Notes under the pieces: generated by a model
Database searches by the model: none
Told to the model about the DNA's origin: nothing
The model's input: only the letters and a program-made list of their open reading frames with translations
Part shown: positions 57,055 to 64,000 of the stretch, one piece after another
How the letters are laid out: the number at the start of each line of letters is the position of its first letter
How positions within the stretch are numbered: position 1 is the stretch's first letter
DNA from: Eledone cirrhosa
Lineage: Eukaryota
NCBI GenBank assembly: GCA_964016885.1
Contig: OZ024745.1
Coordinates: 124,682,001 to 124,746,000, forward strand
Length of the DNA: 64,000 nt
Direction of reading: 5' to 3'
Made by a program: the position numbers and the translations under genes

Positions 57055-58060
57055 TTATTCCTTGAATCTCAGTCATTGATGTTGGTTAACTGGAAAGTCC
57101 GTTGGAATGAATATCAAGCCACTACCTGCAGCCTCAGATATTCAGGACGTATCGGAGGGTTCTTGCTGTTCCAAGCAAGCATGCCTTTTGAAGCGTTCCA
57201 AAAAGCGTGAAGGGGCCGATTTTCTTTAACCATCCCTGGAAACTTTTGGAGATAGTCCCCAGTGCGCCTATGACAATCGGGATCACTTTGACTTCATGGC
57301 AGTTCCAAATCCTTTTCACCTCCCACTTTAGTTCCTGGTATCGGTTAATTTTCTCCCTCTCCTTCTCTTGCACTCTCGTGTCGAACGGGCAGGCCACATC
57401 CACAATCAGACACGATCTTTTTTCTTTGTCCACAACCACCAGGTCAGGTCTATTGTGTTCCAGTTTTTTGTCCGTCTGTATCCTAAAATCCCACAGCACC
57501 TTCACCTGATTGTTCTTCATCACCGCCTCCGGCCTATGCTCATACCATTTCTCAGAATGTGGTAAATTGTTTACTTTGCACAGGTGCCAGTGGATCACCC
57601 TGCCCATCACATCGTGTCTCCAGCCCTTATAGTGGGTCTGGGCTAGGTGTTTACACTCGGACACAATGTGAGCCACAGTCTCCTCTCTCTCTCCACAGAT
57701 CCTGCACAGTGGGCTAGCCTCCTCCTTGTAAATATGGTGCTTCAACCACTTCGTTTTGAGGGCCTGCTCCTGCGCAGCCATTATCATTCCTTCTGTAGCC
57801 TTTTTGAGGTCTCCTCTTCTCAACCAGTTCCATGTCTGTGGATCTCTAAATTCAGTTTTCTCAAAGAAGGTACTATGAAGGGATTTTCCCTTAAGGCTGC
57901 TCTTCCTCCTTGATGTTATTTCCTCCTTGGACATCCCCTGGCCTACTGTCCCCTCCTTCAGTACAGTTTTGAGCATTGGCTCCTTACTATAGGTCACGTA
58001 TTTGTATAGGTTGTTTTTCTCCATCTGAACACAGTCCTCTATGCTGATAAGACCTCTTCC
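57055..58060 (-). mobile_element. 5'-truncated R4/Dong-type non-LTR retrotransposon within (TAA)n
   Basis: GRGL, AAQEQAL, CRICGEREETVAHIVSEC Zn finger, RPDLVVVD..IVDVACP restriction-like endonuclease; ATT tracts on both sides. Confidence 0.9.
57134..58024 (-). CDS. Uninterrupted C-terminal ORF (CCHC and RLE) of the truncated element
   Basis: 296-aa ORF; no RT core present. Confidence 0.75.
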   Translation of the reverse strand: MEKNNLYKYVTYSKEPMLKTVLKEGTVGQGMSKEEITSRRKSSLKGKSLHSTFFEKTEFRDPQTWNWLRRGDLKKATEGMIMAAQEQALKTKWLKHHIYKEEASPLCRICGEREETVAHIVSECKHLAQTHYKGWRHDVMGRVIHWHLCKVNNLPHSEKWYEHRPEAVMKNNQVKVLWDFRIQTDKKLEHNRPDLVVVDKEKRSCLIVDVACPFDTRVQEKEREKINRYQELKWEVKRIWNCHEVKVIPIVIGALGTISKSFQGWLKKIGPFTLFGTLQKACLLGTARTLRYVLNI

Positions 58061-58061
58061 A

Positions 58062-58125
<64 letters not shown>

Positions 58126-59065
58126 GAATGCCATGGTTGACGAAGGTTCGGTTCTGTAAGGTATTGTAAATTTTAACCGCTATAACAATTGTAAATTGTT
58201 TAAAACTTTAACCAAATTGTAGACAAAAACACCCTCCTCCTCGTGAGAGGGGTCTTTCTGTCCATTATTTGGCCCTTCGGGGTTAAATAACCGCTTATTG
58301 GGGTTTTGTGCCCAATATTTATTTTAAACCCCAAAAAACATGGCTACAAAAAAGAATTTTCACAAGTCACTCCCACTCATTCCGTCTTCTTCTTCCTCAA
58401 TCGTCACAACATCAGAGAGAAAATTGTCTCTCTCCCTCCCTTCTCTTTCGCAAGCGACGCCAGAAAAGAAAAATAGTTTCCAAAATCACGTGCAAAACGT
58501 GGAACATTTCTCCACGACGTCGACAACGACGAAAAAGGTGTGCGGTAAATACGAAAACCCATTTCATTCGTCTGACGTCATGAATAATAGCAGTAGCAGC
58601 CGTAATAACAGCAGAGCAGCAACAGTGACAACGAAACCAACAGTAGCAGAAGTAACAGCATCAGCAGCAGCATAAACAACAACAGCATAAGCAGCAACAA
58701 CAACAACACCAGCAGCAGCAATAACAACAACAACAACCACAGCAACAGCAGCGGCGACTGTCGTAGTACCAGCAGCAACAACAAAAGTAACAGCAGCTCT
58801 GACGACGACAACATCAACAACAACAACAAAAAACAATCTCGTTTGCAGGTATCGCAAAGAACCTGGAAACCATCCTTATAACAAAAGAGGAATTACAGGA
58901 AGCAAAGAAAATGGTGACGAAAACCGGACACCGAGCAATCTGCAAGGCAGCCGAAACATTTTTAGAAACCCAACAGCACTGTACGGTCACGTACCGTACA
59001 GTAAGCACAAAATGTAGGGTTGAAAGGGCCACAGAGGCTCAAATACAAAAAGCCTTAGGGTCTGT

Positions 59066-60145
59066 GTGGCAGCGGAAAACGCATATCACCCGAGGCAAGA
59101 AATATGCCACCGTGGCGTGCTTTTTGCCACACCCCAGGAGGCAAAGGCTCAATCCTTAGTGACCCTAAGGAGCGAGGAAATGGTGTTGGTGCCCTCCTAC
59201 TGCGGACAAAAAATTGTGAGGGTCAAACTGACCCACGTCCCCCCCGAAATGGCCCCTTCTTGGCTGGCTGCGTCTGTCCTCGTCGGAATCGAGGACAAAA
59301 CAACCATACTGCAAGTACAGAAAAAAGTACGAGAAGATTGGGTCGGCACCTCCATTGAGATGTTAATCAAAACCAACCAGGAGTTCATCGAAGCTATCCC
59401 GGATGTGATAGACTTTGATAACGGCACTCAACTGTCCATAAGTGTTGAGGGCAAACGCCCGAAATGCTTTCACTGTGGATCGAAGACTCACCTCAGGGCC
59501 TTCTGCAATGAGAACACCCTGAGAAAGGAGAGAACCGCCCTCCTTCCGAAACCGGCTCCACTGTTACCAGCAACAGGACAGGTGGCAACCAGGAAGGATA
59601 GGTCCGTGGAACCCATACCCACGCCACGGAAATCAAGAACAGCAGCAGCAGTGGAAGTATTAACAACAACAACACCAATACCAACTGCAGCTGCAAGAGA
59701 GACTCCACTGCAAACATCACCAACAACAACAAGTGAAAGAGTGGAACTGGTACCCCTCCCCGACCTCACAGAATCAGACATGGAGTGTGAGGTGGGAGAG
59801 GGATGGCAAAAGGTCGCAAGGAGGCACAAACGCAGAAGCAGCGCATCGTCACCTTCGAAAAGGGAGGAAAGAAATGAAATAAGGGTAAAGGCTACTGCAA
59901 AAAGATTTACAGCAGCAACACCACCAACACCATCACCACCCACACTAGCACCACCATCACCACCGGCGGCAACCCCACCGCCAACAACAACAACACCTTC
60001 AACACCACCACCACAAGTACCAACATCACAAACACCACAAAACACACACACCCAGCAACAACGACAAGAAAATAACAGACCCCCCCCCATACACGCACAC
60101 ACCCCACACCCAGAAAAACAAATGCACAGCAATAAATACACATAA
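59066..60145 (+). pseudogene. LINE ORF1 (gag-like; main open segment)
   Basis: CFHCGSKTHLRAFC CCHC knuckle, P/T-rich tail; upstream part in another frame. Confidence 0.8.
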
Positions 60146-60501
60146 CAAGAAATTAATGACTTACATAATTGAACACACAGACATTTCACAGCACGACTAC
60201 ATAATACCAGCACCAATCAAAACACCAACGAACATAGGACTGGTAAAAATAGCACAGAAACAATACACAAACATTTAAACGAAATTCCCCAAAGCAGTTG
60301 GTGATTTCAAAGACCTAGGAGGGACACTCAACCGGAGGGTTTATTCAGATATACTCACAGAAGATCCCACGACCAGCCGAAGGGGGGATTCTACGGTCCC
60401 TTCACCAAACGATCAAGTGAGAAGGGATGGTTAAACCATCCTTCCTCTGCGAGAAGAAGTAAGGTAAGTGGTCTTTCCCATCTTTTCCACTCCATTTCAA
60501 C

Positions 60502-63500
60502 ATGACCTCACTCAGAATAGGCAGCATATATGCGCATGGCTTGGGGTCGTCATGGAAGCAGGACCACCTGCTCAACGACTTCAGGTCGCTAAACATAGAT
60601 CTAGTGGCCATCAGCGAGACCAGAATCTCCGAAGCACGGTACTTCGTACCAATCTTCGGCGGCTACGATGTGTACGCATCTCCCAGCCGTCCTGGATCGG
60701 GGGGAGGAGTTGCTGTGCGTTTTCGGAGAGGTTTGGATCTCGCCATCTTCCTGGACTCAGAAGGTAAGTTGGTGGTGCTGGACGTGACCAGCGGAGAAGG
60801 GCAAGCTTTCAGGATAGTGGCCGTCTATGCCCCGACAGGTGCAGGGCGGCCTGATTTCTTCCGGCGTCTGGAGACCCTTCTAGGAACGTCCCACTCTTTA
60901 ATGTTAGTGGGCGACTTGAACGGGATCTTAGATGCACGCTGGGACTGTGTGGGATTAGCGGATAGAGGAGGAGGGTGCAAAAGCCTCACCAACCTGCTCA
61001 GGCGTTTTGAACTGTCTGACAGGTACCGATTGGATTTCCCGAATGTGCCAATGTGGACTTGGATAAATCGCATCGGGTCATCCAATCATATCTAGATTGA
61101 GTATTTTGTAGGGAAATAGGTAGGTCTAGCATAGGCTGTTCACAATTCAAGATAGTCAGCTACACGGACTACAAATTCGTGATCTGTGTGCTTGCCTTAG
61201 ATAGGCTTCATAGACGAGGACCCGGCTACAGGAAGCTAAACACGTCCTTACCAGCGCGCAAGACCTACAGAGACCGGATTAGCGAACTAGTTAAGCGGGC
61301 GTTGACGGGGGCCATCGTCAACAACAAGTGGTGGTTTGCTCTGAAAAGAACGATTAGAATAGAGTCCATTAGGTTTAGTAAGGCTTTAGCAATAGAGAAA
61401 AATATGGCAGAGGGAGAACTAGTTGGAAAATTAGACGAGGCGCTTAGCAAAGGCATCGCCACCGACGTACTTGCGGCGAAATTGGCCTTTGCTGCAAAGC
61501 ACGAAGGCAGCGTTGTCAGAGCTAGGGTGCGTGCTCTCAGATACGAGGGGACGAAAGCCGTTCAATGGGCCCGAATGGCGGAGGCGTATCGTGGCAACAA
61601 AGCCACGATCCGGTCTTTGGTGGACCACCACGGGCGCATGCTACTCGATCCCGGGAAAACGTGTGAAGCTTTTCAGCGACACTTCGCACAGCTGTTCGGA
61701 GGCATCGACGTGCCTGATCGAGAGATGGACTTTAGTGTCTACCTCGACGGACTTCCGCAGCTCTCGGCCACTGAGGCGGAGTGTTGCGAAAAGCCGATAG
61801 GGCCGACCATCGTTACCTAGCAGCAGTCCTGAGGGCGGCTGGCTTTGGGCCCGTCTTCAGAGGCTGGATCGCTGCCATGCACAGCGACATCTGCTCTGTG
61901 GTGAGAGTGAATGGTCACCTTTCGGAACCGTTCAACAACATGCGCTCGGTCCGCCAAGGATGTCACTTCTCGTCCCTCTTGTACGTATTGACTCTCGAGC
62001 CATTACTGCACAAACTGGAGACGTTGAGGGGCGTCCCGCGCGAACTAGGATGCGGAAGATCCGTGTCAGCATATGCGGGCGATGTCACCGTAGTGGTGTC
62101 GAACGCCAAACTCATCGAGGCGATCGCTACTACACTAAGAGAATACGAAGCAGTGACAGGAGCAATGATCAACCAGGAAAAGTCAGTGGTCCTGCAGCTC
62201 GGCACCTGGAGAGGCAGGTCCATGCCGTCCAACAGCGTCGTCGGACGCTGGACGGACGGACCGGTTAAATTGCTAGGGATCTGGTTCGGTCCGGACCTCC
62301 AGACGGACAAAACCTGGGACGAGGTGACGATCAGGGTGGCTTCTCTCACCCAGAAATGGGCGGAGAGAAAGCTATCCCTGAAAGGTCGAGCGGAGGTGTC
62401 TAACGCGTACATCGCGTCCGTCATTTGCTACCGCCTGACTGTCGTAACTTGTCCTAAGTCCCGCCTGACTTCGCTGGAGCGTTTGCTCTTTCGCTTTTTG
62501 TGGAAGGGACGCGCTCCGATGGTCAGGCGCTCCATCTGCTGTCAACACCCGCTACGTGGAGGGCTGGGCAGGCCGTGGCTGAGGATGCGCAGACACGCGC
62601 TCAAGCTACGACATCTCCACCTCTTCCTCGACGGTGATCAGGTGTGGTCGACATTTGTTAGACGCGTTTTTCCCCAGCTCGTTTCCTTGACGGAGCTGCA
62701 GTCCTGGGTCAAGCGAAGACCGAGAGGGTGCGCTTGGAGACTGGAATGTCCTTCAGGCGCTCACAGCCCTCGACCAAAACGGGTAATGTGATCGGTGGAA
62801 ACTCCACCTTGGCGTTCTATAGAGGATTAGTGGAGGGGAAGTGCGACGACGTACTCGGAGAAACTCTAGGCTTCGACGAAAATCAGCTAGCCAATCTCTT
62901 CGGAAGGACTTTCGGGCCGGGGCCTATGGACAACTTCCAGAAATCCCTGGCCTGGCAGTACTACCGAGGAGCTTTGCCAGTTCGGGAAAACTCTACAGGC
63001 ATTGAGGTGCCGTCAGCCGGGCATGTCCGAGATGCGCGCAAGGCGACGAAACCGTCCTGCACGCACTCGTCCAGTGTCCGAGCATTGCTGACTTGTGGGT
63101 TTATGTCGAACACCTGCTGTCACGTGTAGGACGGATCCAGCTATCAGTTGAGTCCATCGTGAGGATTGCCCCGCTCTCTTCCTTTAGCCGGGAAGGGCAG
63201 GCAGTTTTTATCTGTCTGGTGGCCATGGCGAAAGAGATAGTATGGTGGACACGTTTGAAAGGGCTGAAGACGAGCACTTACCTCTTCGGTGATGCCCTGA
63301 TTAACTTTTTCAAATTTCATTTGAAAAGGAAAATCAGGATAGAGAGGGAAGTGCTCTCTTTCCAGCATTTTGTTGAAAGATGGGTGAGAGAAGCAAGTAT
63401 GGCCCGAGTGAATGGGTCTACTCGAGTATGTGTTTGTAAATTAAAGGTGGAAAACTGGGAGAGGGCACTTGCCCTGGCTGTCAGGGTCACTGTGGCCTTT

Positions 63501-63503
63501 TAA
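60502..63503 (+). pseudogene. LINE ORF2 (APE endonuclease and RT), frameshifted with an internal RT deletion
   Basis: ISETR, GGVAV, VYAP, VGDLN, SVRQGCHFSSLLY, AYAGDV, RGGLG. Confidence 0.9.
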
Positions 63504-63703
63504 TGGGCTTACTCCACAAATGTCCCTCGGAAGTCTCCCCCTATTGGGGAATTTTTCATTGTTATTTTTTATTACATCCTCTGTTTTTTTTTACACGCAG
63601 AAATGCCCATTTGTACCGTCCTGTATTGTCCTGTACTGTCCTTAATGTCTACTTTATGTAAACCCTTGTGGTTAATAAAGAAACCATTATTATTATTATA
63701 ATA

Positions 63704-63885
63704 AGGCGGTGGATTGGCAGTATCGGTAGAGGGCCGGACGCCTTGCATTGAAGCATACAGTTACCTCCTTTTATGATCTGAGTTCAAATCCCGCCGAGGT
63801 TAACTTTGCTTTCCATCCTTACGGGGGTCGATAAAATAAAGTACCAGTAATGTACTGGGTAATTGATGGCCTTGTGCCTAAATTA
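63704..63885 (+). mobile_element. SINE family A, full length
   Basis: Consensus match with an ATT tail. Confidence 0.9.
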
Positions 63886-64000
63886 TTATTATTATTATTA
63901 TTATTTGAAACTTCCTTTGATTCCTGCTTCTTTCTCCAATCATACCGAGTGTCAACCTGATATCTGAGGCCAAATTTGATAATACACACATTTTACAATC

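Larger units (their letters stand above)
58126..63685 (+). mobile_element. Near full-length Tx1-clade LINE flanked by (ATT)n
   Basis: ORF1 Zn knuckle, APE, RT and C-terminal domains, AATAAA before the ATT tract. Confidence 0.88.

Noticed and set aside
59488-60216. 242-aa minus-strand ORF
   Set aside because: Antisense shadow of the low-complexity LINE ORF1

Overview
AT-rich eukaryotic (animal) DNA; the repeat content resembles a cephalopod/octopus genome (inference). I see no host protein-coding exon. Nearly all ORFs in the track are translations of (TA)n, (CA)n, (GAA)n, (ATT)n or (CAT)n microsatellites. Real coding signal is limited to decayed retroelements: two Penelope-like elements (RT with or without GIY-YIG), a near full-length Tx1-clade LINE plus a 3' fragment, an R4/Dong-type fragment, a CRE-like fragment, several RTE pieces and a mariner relic. 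There are also about 20 tRNA-derived SINEs, a non-autonomous Helitron, a hAT MITE and minisatellites. The main hidden layer is non-coding: about a dozen type I hammerhead ribozyme (HHR) motifs of several unrelated sequence families, mostly in short islands in or near (TA)n tracts. They include a 428-bp retrozyme-like monomer with terminal redundancy, a back-to-back pair of opposite-polarity HHRs, a U3-A8 compensatory core variant and HHRs with about 90-100 nt stem II regions. A multi-copy palindromic element carries only the 3' half of an HHR. All motifs were parsed by eye; none was tested computationally or experimentally.
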